NCBI GenBank assembly: GCA_951406725.2
Contig: OX597828.1
Coordinates: 66,712,001-66,776,000 of the forward strand
Direction of reading: 5' to 3'
DNA from: Octopus vulgaris
Lineage: Eukaryota
Length of the DNA stretch: 64,000 bases
Position 1 is the stretch's first letter; each line of letters starts with the position of its first letter. The notes below the pieces were generated by a model, which made no database searches, was not told where the DNA came from, and saw only the letters and a program-made list of their open reading frames with translations. Below are positions 50,288-63,331 of the stretch, piece by piece. Made by a program: the position numbers and the translations under genes.

Positions 50288-51766
50288 CTAAAAGAGAAAG
50301 AGACACATGAACATCAATGTTTATATTTCAATTTTGCAAAATATCTTCGTCTATGTCATAAACGGTCCTAAATAATATATATTAAGATCAATTACTATAT
50401 AGCTTAATTTCTATAATATGAACCCTTTTTGATACTGAAGCAAGTCATAATAAACCTTTATTGGCGGTAATATGACGTGATGGTCATGTTGTCCGAATAG
50501 GTATAATTGTCAGTTTCCTATTGGTTAAAATTACTGCCCATATTTGAACTCTAAACTTTCATCAAAGAGAAATCTTTCGCAAAATATGGTTCTTAGAATT
50601 CAGGTATGAGCAGTTATAAAAACCCTGACTTTTGGTGATCATCGGTTTTCATTCTACTCCATGACACTCACTCTCAGTGATCATTGGTTATGAATCGACT
50701 CCACGACACTCACTGTTCGTTGGTTGTCACTCATTTCCACGACACTCACTCTTTTGAGATACTGGCAATTGTTATGCCACGTCCATTACTCAATTCAACA
50801 AGTCTATTTTGAATTGTTGTGTAAAACTCTAGTAGCTTAGTATGGAACAATTAGTTAATATAAATTTTATGCCGTAATTCTCTACGACAGTTTTCTTTTG
50901 ACTTATAAATGTACTGTAAATATTAAATGAAAGTAAATAAACTAATTTCGTAAATAATTTCTTTCTTCATTGTCTTCAACCTGTTGATGAAATTTATTTC
51001 TGCAACTATGGAACTGCTATTATAGTGGTGAAAAAGAGTGAGCTTATTTTCTTCAACATACATTGTATATTTCAGTGTCTTGGTGTATATAATTCATCAT
51101 GGTGTTTATGCAGCCTGAGTCAAGATTTATGTATTGTGATAATACTTATAATTAAGTTATGTGACGGGTTCATCACTGTTGATTTCTCCTCAATAAACAT
51201 CTATATTTATTATCCTTTCCAAGTCAAAAACATTTTAAACCAGACAAGCACATAAAGATATCTATATACACATACGAACACACGCTAACAGCTCTGCCAG
51301 TTCACCGTTTTAGATGAGGATGATAATGTTAACACCATGAAACTGAAGGAAGTATTATATTTTGGACAATAAGTTTTGTTAAATCTCTTCAAGCATTTCT
51401 TTGGCCACAGTTTAGAGTCTTTATGGGTATTGATGTCATTTCAGGTAATGTGATGGTGATGGTATCGTTATGCAAAATGACTGGTAGCCATGGCTGTGGA
51501 ATCTTTGCAGTTCTGCAGCAATAGCAATGCTAGTTGTTATTCTAGAGTTAATTCAGAACCGACACAGACCAGCCTTCACAATAATCAATTGTAAAGCTGC
51601 AGGATACAAATTTTATTTGACTGTCAAATGTCAAGAAAGAGGTACAGCTGTTTACAGTGGAAAAAAATCCAATTTCCTCACTAATAATCCTTCTCATTCC
51701 TTACCAATATTTACCTAATTTTAGCTAAGCTACAAGAAAGCAAAGAGCAGTATTATAAAGTTATAC

Positions 51767-51895
51767 CTGTGTCACCATGCCAGAGATATCATTAGTATTT
51801 GCTGGGACCACAACAGTATTGCCAGTCTTTGCAAGTTGAGAGAAAGCGTAGACATATTCTTCAGCTATTTTCATAGATACTGCATCAGAACCATG
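51767..51895 (-). CDS. STOML2: Stomatin-like protein 2 exon (Band_7_C region)
   Basis: HGSDAVSMKIAEEYVYAFSQLAKTGNTVVVPANTNDISGMVTQ. Confidence 0.94.
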
Positions 51896-52320
51896 CTTTA
51901 AAAGAAAAGACAAAAATCAAAAGTAAGAGTCAAAACTATTGAAAAGGTTGCAAGTCACAATTAAAATTTTAGGAAAATAAAAGTAAGGAATAAGTGGAAA
52001 TTATACCGGTGAGTGTGTTAAATTATGAGGCACAAAAAGAAACTGACTCTCCCCAGACACAACAGAAGGTAAGAAACAATTCACTTAAAACAGGTGAGAA
52101 TGCATTGTAATGAACTGGATGAAAGCAGGCCATACTGCTACACTACGCATCATAATCACAGGTTTCATAAAACATCGTTAGTTTCTATAGGTTACCTTCA
52201 GGTTATACTCAACAGAAATAAAAACTGATTGAAACAGCAAATCATCTAATTCTTAGGAACCACTCATTACTTATCACATTTCTTCATATCAGCTTTCCAA
52301 TGGAACAATCATATGGTTGA

Positions 52321-52734
52321 TTGCATTTGTCCTACGAAGAAAGGCTGAGGACGCTCGACCTTTGTTCTCTTGAAAAACGCCGCCGCCGTGGTGATCTCAT
52401 TCTCGCCCACAACATCATAAGCGGGAAGTGTAACCTCTCGAAAGAGCTGTTCTTCACTCCTGCTCTGGAGCGTCGGCTGCGGGGTCATTCCGAAAAGCTC
52501 TACCTGCGACGATTTCATCTCAATCGAAGGAGAGGAGCTTTCTCCGTCCGGGTTGCGGATCCGTGGAACAAGCTGCCAGACGAGATGGTGAAGATGCCGA
52601 CGACCGCTTTGTTCAAAGCCTCCCTGGACCTCAAGTGGCCTGAACTCTTTACATGAACACCACCCTGTACTTAACTCCATGTCCCCCTACATGGCCTTGC
52701 TTTTTGCTTGAGCCAAATTAACTAACTAACTAAC
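52321..52734 (+). mobile_element. CR1-type LINE 3' end (5'-truncated)
   Basis: LSYEERLRTLDLCSLEKRRRRGDLI...RGH...FSVRVADPWNKLP, followed by an (AACT)n tail. Confidence 0.88.
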
Positions 52735-53631
52735 ACGCACCAGCATCAGTAATTCTTAATTCATAGTGATAGGCAGTGGTATGGCTGTATGGTAAAAAAT
52801 TGGCTTCCCAACATGACTCCAGACCCTATTCCAATGTGTGGTACTACCTTGGGTTTTATTTTTTACTATAGCCTAAGGGTGACCAAAGCCATGTGAGTGG
52901 ATTTGGTGAACAGAAAATGAAAGCTCATTGTGTGTGTGTGTATGTGTGTCTCTTTGCCTTGACTTCGCATAATTGTTGATGTCAGCATTAATTAATCTGT
53001 AGTGAGTGATTGAGGCCTCTTCATCCTGATGGGTGCAAAGGGTTCTGGTACCTAAAGAGGCTGTTCAGGCCAAGGGTTGTATAGAAGAGCCAGGAGCATT
53101 GATTGCAGGAGAGGGTCGATGGGGGATGAGGAAGTGTGAGTTTATTCTTTGCATCGTTGCCTATCATGGGAGCTCCCAAGCCACCAATCCTTATGAAAGA
53201 GAAGGAAAATTGCCATCAAAACCCTGTTCTATACTTGTCCTTTGTTCCTTATCTTCTGAGAAAACCTGTCTGGTTATGGGGAAATATTATCTTACTTGGC
53301 AGCAGGTGAGGGTGGGTGATAGAAGGGTATCCCACTGGAGAAAATCTGCCTCAACATAAATTCTGTCCAACCTTTGTGGGCGTGGAAAAGTGAAAGTAAA
53401 AGCATTGATGATGATAACAACTGATTAAATGATTAAGATGCTTGCCTACTGAACCAGTATTCAAACATGCTGAAGTGAAAGTATGTTACACCAGCCATTT
53501 CATGACTGATTTTGATGGCATTAAAACATGTGCCTAGTCACAGTACAGGCTTTCTAAATAACAGTTTGGATTTGAAATACAATTTACATCACCAATGAAT
53601 AACAAATCTAATTAAAATGAAAACTACTTAC

Positions 53632-53711
53632 ATTTTCTGCAATGGCATTTGCTATTAAGAGAATAGATTCAGACTTTGCTTTGGCTCGTTTCACGATGGC
53701 TTCAGCTTCAC
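53632..53711 (-). CDS. STOML2: Stomatin-like protein 2 exon
   Basis: GEAEAIVKRAKAKSESILLIANAIAEN. Confidence 0.93.
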
Positions 53712-55276
53712 CTTAAAGAATAATGGTAAACTTTGAGAGGGGACAAAGAAGAAAATGAAAAAAAAAAATTTGATTTCTGGTTTAATATATGGAGTAGTTT
53801 CATGTTTATATTTTCAAACAATCATGACTAATTAATCATCCTAAAAGGCATTCATTATCCATTGCAATGACCTCTCTCCCAACACTAGAATATAAATTAG
53901 CCAGTGCTTGTTGCTCTACATGTGCTCTGCTGTTTTATGCTCCACCTCATTCCTCAAATCTTTTCTTTTTCAAGAGGTTTTCTACTTACTATTTTCCATG
54001 CAGTGTAAGCTAGTAATTTACTGTTTCGGATACCTTAGTCTTAGAAACCAACCTCTTTAGAGTTAGCAGTACAACATAAGTTGCTGGTTCAGCCTGTTAG
54101 TATTTGGCAATAGGTAGTGGTATTAGATTAAAAAAGAGTCAAAATTAACAAGAAACACAGCAAGGCCTAAAAAGCACCATCCGTATGTGGTCGATGCCAG
54201 CGCCACCTTGACTGGCTTCTGTGCCGGTGGCATGTAAAAAGCACCAACCGATTGTGGCTGTTGCCAGCCTTTCCTGGCACGTAAAAAGCACCCACTACAC
54301 TCACAGAGTGGTTGGCATTAGGAAGGGCATCCAGCTGTAGAAACACTGCCAGATCAGACTGGAGCCTGGTGCAGCCTCCTGGCTTCCCAGACCCCGGTCA
54401 AACCGTCCAACCCATGCTAGCATGGAAAACAGACGTTAAACGATGATGATGACAGCAAGGCCCAAATTCCCTACTGTAATTTTATTACTTGATGGCCCAA
54501 AGGAGAAGGAAGATAAGGGAAATACAAGTTGCTTACACAAACGTCAATGTTTTATTGACACTTAGTGAAATACCAAACCAAATATTGAAGCTATTCATCT
54601 AATTTAAGACTGACAGTGTGAAATTTCAAGAGATTTGGCTGCAATTTCTAGTAAGTTGAGTGACCGCAGAGAAGTCCTCAAAATACTACGCTGTAAAGTA
54701 GTTTCAATAAGTGCAGAAGATGAACCCCTGTAGCACCCTGGCTGAGAGTCTAACCCTTGCCCCACCAGATTCTATCAAAGGAGCTTCTGTATAGGTAGGT
54801 GGCTGAGCTGCATGAACTAATAGCCAAATATCTCCTATCATACCTTACTACCTGGCAGCATGAGAGAAGTTGTCTCAAGATCAGTAGCTCTATGTATAAC
54901 ACCAAGTTATTTAGCTGATTACCTGTGTGCCAAAGGTTAGTTCAATTAAAGTTAACCTACATTTACAAATCAACCATCAAATCATCAACAACTCCTCATT
55001 TTTGAGCCTTTAACCATTCAGTATTCAAACAAGCCACATCTGGCCCAAATATTCCACCTGTTTTATATTCAGACTGGCCATATCTGGACTCTCACACCAA
55101 CCCTATAATATCATTCTACAAATTAATAGCTACCTCATCAAAACTTCAAAGCTACCTGATAAAGTAAGACGAATTCAAAACATGTGAATAAAAAAGCATT
55201 ACTTTTGACAGAATAATGTGAATTCTACAGGGTGAATACTTTAAGCAACAATAATGGGACCAAAACAAATTCTTAC

Positions 55277-55375
55277 CAGCAGCTTGATTTATCCGTTCTA
55301 GTTTGTTAGCTTCTGATGCCAAAATGATGGATTGTTTGTTACCTTCAGCTACATTAATATCAGCTTCACGGATAC
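55277..55375 (-). CDS. STOML2: Stomatin-like protein 2 exon
   Basis: GIREADINVAEGNKQSIILASEANKLERINQAA. Confidence 0.95.
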
Positions 55376-57066
55376 CTTGAAAAAAATTGATGTTTATGGT
55401 TAGATGAGTACAAATGCAAGAGCGGAAGAAAATACCAAAAGTAGGTACTGGGCAGCAACACTGGAGTCAGGAAATTGGAAATACCTGAAAACACTAGCAA
55501 GAAAATTAGTAACAAAAAAAATTTTTAAAAACCCCAACAAATATTGGGAATATAATTTGAATTGGAAAGCATTTCATGGACAATGCTTAATTCCAGATTT
55601 TGTAGTGTTGAATAGAATGATGAGAAATCCTAATATTGCCATCTCTTTCTGGATAGGATGTTGGCCTATATTACAATGTCTAATGTTTGTTCCCTGCAGC
55701 CAGGTGAAGGAAATGTCTTGCCCTTATACAACTGATAAGGACTGCTAAACCCCTACATTATTATTTACACATTCATTTCAACTTAATTTTCCTTTTTCAT
55801 GTCTTAGAGAAAGAAAGGCAGCACCATGATCTTTTACAGTGTCTCTGTAACTAACGAGAAGGAATTGTCAGATTTGGCCTGGATGCTGGTAATAGAGAAA
55901 TCTACTGAAACTACTCATGAAAAGGCAGTGGTTTTAAACTGGACAAAATATTGAGTCTAATCCATAGACAATCAGTTTTCAATTTACTAAAAAGGCACCC
56001 ACTACACTCTTAGAGTGGTTGGTATTAGGAAGGGGATCCAGCTGTAGAAACCATGCCAAATCAGATTGAAACCTGGTGCAGCTCCCCAGCTTTCAAACTG
56101 TCCAACCCATGCCAGCATGGAAAACAGATGTCAAATGATGATGATGATGATGATACGTGTGTGTGTGTGCATGTTTTGCATATGTTTGACTTCACAAAGC
56201 CACAGTTAATCCTTTCGTTACTGTATTTATTTTCAGATGCTCTGTGTTTCTTCCAATTATTTTTAATATAACAAAGAATTTAGTAAAATAACATCGTTAT
56301 AATTAAGCTAGTTTTAGGAACATAAATTGTGACTAAGGTTTGGTGCATGTTTTGCATATGTTTGACTTCACAAAGCCACTGTTAAACAGCAGTGAAAGAT
56401 TTTGTGCCTTGCAACAACATAATATCTGGCAGTTTGATATGAAATAAAAGAAAGTACATCTCTTGAAAACAAAGGACAGTATTAAGAAGAACAGCCCACT
56501 GTTGACTATCCAAATGATGCTAGTGTGGAAGAAGGCTGAGATTTATGCCTTTCTTCAAATATGCCTGAATAGAAATATTGAGTCATATTGGGAACTGCAC
56601 ATCAAAATGTGAAAGTTATGACATGTGTATATGATGAAATTTTCTAATAAACAGCTGAATTAGAGGAATTCTGGTAAAATAAATTACAGAATTATGAAAT
56701 GAGTGTATAAGATTGCATAAGTTGCAGGTGTGGCTGTGTGGTAAAAAGTTTGCTTCCCAACCACATTGTTCTGGGTTCAGTCCCACAGTGTGACACCTTG
56801 GGCAAGTGTCTTCTATTATAGCTTTGGGCTGACCAAAGCCGTGTGAGTAGATTTGGTAGATGGAAACTGAAAGAAGCCCATCATATGTATGTGTGTGTGT
56901 GTGTCCACTACCACTACTCGACAACTGGTACTGGTGTGTTTACGTCCCTTCAACTTAGCAGTTTTGGCAAAAGAATAAGTACCAGGCTTTAAGAGAAAAT
57001 TACTGGGCAATGCCCCAGCATGGTCGGAGTCTAATGGCTGAAACAAGTAAGAGATAAGAACCAAAC

Positions 57067-57159
57067 CTTCTGATTCCAAAATGGCTGCTCGCTTTTTCCG
57101 TTCGGCTTCCACTTGCATTTGCATAGCTTCTTGTATACGTGCTGGTAGTTTCATGTCCC
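57067..57159 (-). CDS. STOML2: Stomatin-like protein 2 exon
   Basis: DMKLPARIQEAMQMQVEAERKKRAAILESE. Confidence 0.96.
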
Positions 57160-57486
57160 CTGATAACGCATAAAATATGTACAATGGTTTTGGTAAATAG
57201 TTCTCTCATTTACATCACAGGGCAATAAAAAATAAGTCCTTGGTCCTTTGTAACATTTCCAGAAACACAAGTAAATGAACAACAGAGGCAAATCAAATGA
57301 AACTTATTACACATTGTAATTAGTCAACAATAAGGGTACTGGTTAAAGGTTATTTCTAATGGGCTGACCACTAGTTCATTGTACTTCTGATGGAAAATTT
57401 ACAACAGGAATTTAGAATGAATATCACCAAAATAGACTTCACTCTTTGGTTTTCTTGTCAATGTCTACATTAATGAAAGATATATA

Positions 57487-57872
57487 GGCGCAGGAGTGGC
57501 TGTGTGGTAAGTAGCTTGCTTACCAACCACATGGTTCCGGGTTCAGTCCCACTGCATGGCATCTTGGGCAAGTGTCTTCTACTACAGCCTTGGGCTGACC
57601 AAAGCCTTGTGAGTGGATTTGGTAGACGGAAACTGAAAGAAGCCCGTCGTATATATGTATGCGTGTGTGTCTCTGTTTGTCCCCCTAGGATTGCTTGACA
57701 ACCGATGCTGGTGTGTTTATATCCTCCGTAACTTAGTGGTTCGGCAAAAGAGACCGATAGAATAAGTACTAGGCTTACAAAGAATAAGTCCTGGGGTCGA
57801 TTTGTTCGACTAAAGGCGGTGCTCCAGCATGGCCACAGTCAAATGACTGAAACAGGTAAAAGAGTAAAAGAG
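57487..57872 (+). mobile_element. SINE family A, full length
   Basis: Close match to 16341-16757. Confidence 0.85.
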
Positions 57873-57889
57873 AATATATATACTCATAC

Positions 57890-58010
57890 TCTTGGTAGTC
57901 CATGTTTTTGATGCATAAGTAATGGCAGGCAGTACATACTTGATAAAGACCTTTCTTTTTAGACACACGGACAAGTTACTGCTCATGATGTGATTCAATT
58001 GACCAAAGGC
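57890..58010 (-). mobile_element. RTE LINE ORF fragment
   Basis: LSVCLKRKVFIKYVLPAITYASKTWT. Confidence 0.6.
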
Positions 58011-58632
58011 TGGTCATCCTAATTGTATTCATATTCAGATTTCTCAGGCCTGATTTTTATCCTTTAAGCATGATACCAGTGCCGGTGGCACGTAAAAAGC
58101 ACCATCCGAACGTGGCCATTGCCAACGCTGGCCTCCGTGCTGGTGGCACGTAAAAAGCACCATCCAAATGTGGCCGTTGCCAGCGCTGCCTCGGCTGGCC
58201 TCCGTGCTGGTGGCACGTAAAAAGCACCAACCGATCGTGGCCGTATCCAGCCTCCCCTGGCACCTGTGTCGGTGGCACGCACTACACTCACAGAGTGGTT
58301 GGCGTTAGGAAGGGCATCCCGCTGTAGAAACACTGCCAGATCAGACTGGGCCTGGTGCAGCCTCCTGGCTTCCCAGACCCCGGTTGAACCGTCCAGCCCA
58401 TGCTAGCATGGAAAGTGGACATTAAACGGATGATGATTCATCCAAGATAGGGTGTATTGGTTCATATGTTCAATTATTTCATCATCTTTTACTACATTTC
58501 CAGCTGTGATTAGACGGATGGAGATTAATTTTTATTTTGCTAATATTGAGTCCACATTTTTTTGCTTCCTTCTTTTAGTTCTCTGAGCATTTTTGTTGAT
58601 TCTTTAATGTTCCTGGAAATATTATCAGTGAA

Positions 58633-59024
58633 CTAAAGAAAGCTGACCAGAAGAGAATTAATGCATTCAAGCTTTGGTGTTGGAGAAGACTTTTACGGAT
58701 TCCATGGACAGCGAGGCTCACCAATGGAGAAGTTCTTAAGCAGATCAGGCCGAAAATGTCGCTAGAAGCTAAGATCACCAAGCATAGATTGGCATATTTC
58801 GGTCATATTATGCAGAGAAAATCCCTGGAGGACATCATGCTCGGAATGGTCAGTGGCAAGAGAGGAAGAGGCCGACCAAGAACCTGCTGGCTTGACACCA
58901 TCAAGAGTGATACCGGAATGGACATAGCCAATCTGAAAGAAGCGGCCCAGGATAGAACTGACTGGAGGACACTGATCCAACGAGTAACCGAGAGTCGACT
59001 TCGACTGAGCGGATAGATAGATAG
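58633..59024 (+). mobile_element. RTE (BovB-like) LINE 3' end, 5'-truncated
   Basis: RINAFKLWCWRRLLRIPWTAR...YFGHIMQR..SLE..IMLG...GKRGRGRPR, (GATA)n tail, 12-bp TSD ATTATCAGTGAA. Confidence 0.9.
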
Positions 59025-59216
59025 ATTATCAGTGAATTTGAAATGATTTAGTAGGCATCCATTTACATTTTTTCTGGGACAGTAAAGAAGATAAAAGCGA
59101 AGCAGGTATAGGAATTTTTGTAAATAAGGACAACACAATTCAAATAAATGTTTAATTCTCCCACAGCATCATCCAATATAGAATAAATCACACCATAAAT
59201 AAAATAAATCACTTAC

Positions 59217-59273
59217 TGATTTCGTATCTCAAGCAGTCAATACCCCATGCCTCGGCTGCTTTATTGATAGCTT
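59217..59273 (-). CDS. STOML2: Stomatin-like protein 2 exon
   Basis: EAINKAAEAWGIDCLRYEI. Confidence 0.95.
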
Positions 59274-60456
59274 CTGAAAGAGAAAATATTTACTCAAATT
59301 TAATGGACAGCATCTTTGTTTCACTACTTTCTAGCTCACAATTCGAAGGTAGAATTCATTACATTTAAATACCTTTATCGTGCCAGTGGCACATAAAAGG
59401 GCACCATTCGAGTATGATCGTTACCAGCGTCGCCTTACTGGCACTTGTGCATGTGCTAGTAGGGTGCCAATCCGAGCGTGATCGTTGCCAGAGCAGCCAA
59501 CTGGCTTCCGTACCCATAGCATGTAAAAGGGCAACATTCGAGCATGATCGTTACCAACGTCGCTTCACTGGCACCTGTAAAGATTCAAGCGAGGTCATTG
59601 CCAGTACCGCCTGGCCGGCCCCCATGTCGGTGGCACGTAAAAAGCAACCACTACACTCTCAGAGTGGTTGGCGTTAGGAAGGGCATCCAGCTGTAGAAAT
59701 TCTGCCAGATCAAGATTGAGGCCTGCTGCAGCCATCTGGTTCGCCATCCCTCAGTCAAAATCGTCCAACCCATGCTTGCACGGAAAGTGGACGTTAAACG
59801 ATGATGATGATGATGAATACACACACATGGTTAAAGAGTCAAATGTGATGTATAATTTACATTGGTTTTAACAATAACTGACTGTTTTTAATTGATGCTT
59901 TAGAAAAATGTGAATAAATGCAGAAGAGTGTAACTTCCTTTTTGTGGTAGGGAAGATGGAAGAGAAGAATGGACACAATTTAGTGATGAGTGAAGGATTG
60001 CCAGTAACTTGTAATAGGTTTTCTTATCAAGGATATGACAGTTAGATCCAGTCTATCATTCTAATAATGTTTACAAGCATACTGTTGCGGGATAGCTGTG
60101 CTCTAAAGAGAGATGGTCATGTCTCAAAGTCGAAACTTGAAGTATAAATTACCAAGTGAAAATTCGAAAATTGTTATTTCTTAAAAAAATTAAGTCAAAT
60201 GAAAATAGCAATAGTTGTGGCATTTGCAGTCTTTCCCACATGGATGAGGGTAACATGTTGAAAGTTCAATTGAAGACAGAAGTCTATGGGGAAACTCATA
60301 GGAGGGAATGGACTGTGGGAAGACTGCAGTTGGGAGTAGAAAAAATTTGGTAACATGCTTAGAAGGTTTTTAGAAGTGAGAGGTAGAATGAGTAGGGGCA
60401 GCCAGTAAGGTGTCTCTACTCATCTACCTCTTACTTTGACAGAATAATAACATATT

Positions 60457-60677
60457 TTAAAGGTGGCGAGCTGGCAGAAACGTTAGCACGCCGGGCAAAA
60501 TGCTTAGCGGTATTTCGCCTGCCGTTACGTTGTGTGTTCAAATTCTGCCAAGGTTGACTTTGCCTTTCATCCTTTTGGGGTCGATAAATTAAGTACCAGT
60601 TACGCACTGGGGTCGATGCAATCGACTTAATACCTTTGTCTGTCTTTGTTTAGCCCCTTGTGGGCAATCAAGAAATA
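60457..60677 (+). mobile_element. SINE family B
   Basis: 16-bp TSD AGAATAATAACATATT. Confidence 0.88.
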
Positions 60678-60753
60678 AGAATAATAACATATTGAGCAAC
60701 ATGTAGAAAGTCATATTGAAAGAAAGTAGGGTACGTTTTTGCTGGCAACTTAC

Positions 60754-60886
60754 CTACGATAGCATAATTTAACAGTTCTCGTTCCCTAAATACAGTATCA
60801 AGATTGATTTTGCCTATTTCAGATCTCATTGTTGTTTGAGCAAGCTGTGTGATAGCGTACTCAGCATCTTCAACACCATAGCTGGC
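60754..60886 (-). CDS. STOML2: Stomatin-like protein 2 exon (SPFH domain)
   Basis: ASYGVEDAEYAITQLAQTTMRSEIGKINLDTVFRERELLN. Confidence 0.97.
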
Positions 60887-61553
60887 CTGAAAAAGAAAGA
60901 AATCTGTGAATTATCAGAAATCTAAACCAGGTGTGCACAGCTTGGAATGTAATTGGATTTCATTGTACAGACAACACAAAGGTGTGCAATAAACAAGTTT
61001 GTTTTGCAGCTATAAGGTTTCTGGTTTGACTCACTGCATGATTCTTAAGAAAGTGTCTTTTGTATGGAAGTCCAATGGAGAGACCATTCCTGTCCTTGGG
61101 TAACAGACTGCTTATTCTCTTGAATTAACCCTTTGGCATTCAGATTACTATGTTATATGGCCCCTGTGCCGGTGGCACGTAAAAAGCACCCACTACACTC
61201 ACGGAGTGGTTGGCGTTAGGAAGGGCATCCAGCTGTAGAAACTCTGCCAGATCAGACTGGAGCCTGATGCTGCCTCCTCGCTTCCCAGACCCTGGTCGAA
61301 CCGTCCAACCCATGCTAGCATGGAAAGTGGACGTTAAACGAAGATGATGATGATGTAATACTTAATTATTCACATTGTTTTGACTCAATCCTGCATCATC
61401 TCATAGTTTCAAGATTTTGATGATGGACTGTTCATTTCTAAGATGATATTGTAAAGTAGTTATAAGAGGCCAGGTCTGGCTGCTTTAAATGCTAGAGGGC
61501 TAACACCACTATTTGGCCCACTGCTTTTCCTTCTTTGATTAAACCTATATATA

Positions 61554-62660
61554 CGAGAGTGGACTCAAAGATTCATGGGCGGACTATGAACGAGTGATGC
61601 TAGAGCTATGAAATCTTCCATGCAACTCTTAATAACTCTATTGTTTCTCTCCAGGTAAAACTGACATCTGACTGTTCAAAGAAGACTTCAAAAGTAACTA
61701 ATAGCAACTTCTTTTGAAAATGGACAAAATTTGGTATCATGGCCTTATCAAGTACCCGCAGAAAAGCAATTTTGTCCCCAAGGACATTCATGCTGACATG
61801 CTTGCTAAATCAGAAGATGATGCTCTAGATTTATCAACAGTGCAAAAGTAGGAAGCTGAATTTAGGAGAGGAATGGAGGAGAGTCTTGAAGATGACCCAA
61901 GGTCTGGATGTCTTGCAGGTGCCGCCACCAAGGGAAAATTTGATTGTGTTTGACTATAAATCAAATAGCCAATACTGTTAACATATTTCATGAAAGTTGA
62001 GAATATTTTGCACAATGAACTTAGCATGATGACGGCTTCTGCTTGATGGGTGCCATGTCTTCTGACACCGGATCAATTCATGGGAAAATCTGAGATTGAG
62101 GCAGACCCAGCCAGTTTCTTTTAATGTTTCCTAACCCAAGATGAGTGATCAGTTCACAACTTAGAGCTAGAGACAATCCATGCAGTGGAAGCACCCCCTC
62201 CTCACCTGCTCCAAATAAGACCAAAGTTATTTTACCTGCAGGGAAGGTGATGGCCTCAGTTTCTTGGGATGCAAAAAGTATTGTGTTTATTGACTATTTT
62301 CAAAGGGGCCAACCCATCAACGGAGAGTATTATGCCAACTTACTGAGGCAGTTACAAAAGGCCATCAAGACCAAACACCCAAGAAAACTGACAAAAGGGA
62401 GTCTTGTTTCACTAGGACAATTCTCCAGCACACAAGTCCTTGCTTTCAATGGCTTCTGTGCATGACTGTGACTTTGAACTGGTTGATCACCGTCCCTGTT
62501 CCCCTGATTTGGTCCCATCTGACAATCATCTGTTCCCCAGCATGAAAAAACACTTGGCTGGGAACCAGCATCACCATGATGTTGACGTCATACCTGCTGT
62601 TGATGACTCTTTCGACAAACAGGATGACAGCTTCTTTACCAAGGGGGATCCAACCACAGA
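61554..62660 (+). mobile_element. Degenerate mariner transposon (second family, 3'-truncated)
   Basis: WVPCLLT, AGKVMASVSWDAKSIVFIDY, SPDLVPSDNHLFPSMKKHLAG, with multiple stops and frameshifts. Confidence 0.88.
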
Positions 62661-63272
62661 GTGTCCTGGGTGCTTTTATGTGACACTGGCACAGACATGA
62701 GTATGGCTACTTTTACATGGTACCAGAATCCATGAGTCTGCAAGACTAGGAACTCTCTGCTGAGAGACGGGTGTAGAGGACACGCTTGCATGCATGGACA
62801 CACATGATTTCATTTAGATTGGGGTGTCATGTACAGCAAACCATCAGAAGTCTCAGTCCCTTGACATCTCTCCTGTGAGGCTCAACTACTTCATCCCACA
62901 TCTTCCTGGGCTTGCCCCTTCCATATTATAAAAATACCATTTCTACTGCAAGTGAGTTGTCAGCCCCAAAAATAATGATCAGAAATCACTAAATTAAGGC
63001 AAACCCTTTTGATATCAATCTGCTCAACAGAGTCCCTCATTCTATGATACAAATTTCATATTTTAAAACTTTCTATCAAAATTTCATGTAAATTTCTGTT
63101 CCAAGCACTAGTTTAATAAAGTTATTTTACTAAATTCATCAATATTTCTAAAATTAATTGAAACACAATGTATATCAACAGAAATATGGGAACAAGAGAA
63201 GGGTTAAAAAAGCAAAGAACAGCATTGGACAAAATACAGTAAAATGTTAAGAGAGAACAAGAAGTGCCTTAC

Positions 63273-63331
63273 TTTGTATGCATCGACCACTCTGAGGTAA
63301 AGTACACCATCAATTTGTAAGGTAACGTTAT
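63273..63331 (-). CDS. STOML2: Stomatin-like protein 2 exon (most 5' exon found)
   Basis: DNVTLQIDGVLYLRVVDAYK. AG/GT bounds. Confidence 0.96.

Noticed and set aside
58075-58290. CRISPR-like repeat/spacer pattern GTGCTGGTGGCACGTAAAAAGCACC
   Set aside because: The spacers are homologous to each other, the pattern is internal to the dispersed family C repeat, and there are no cas genes in this eukaryotic context.
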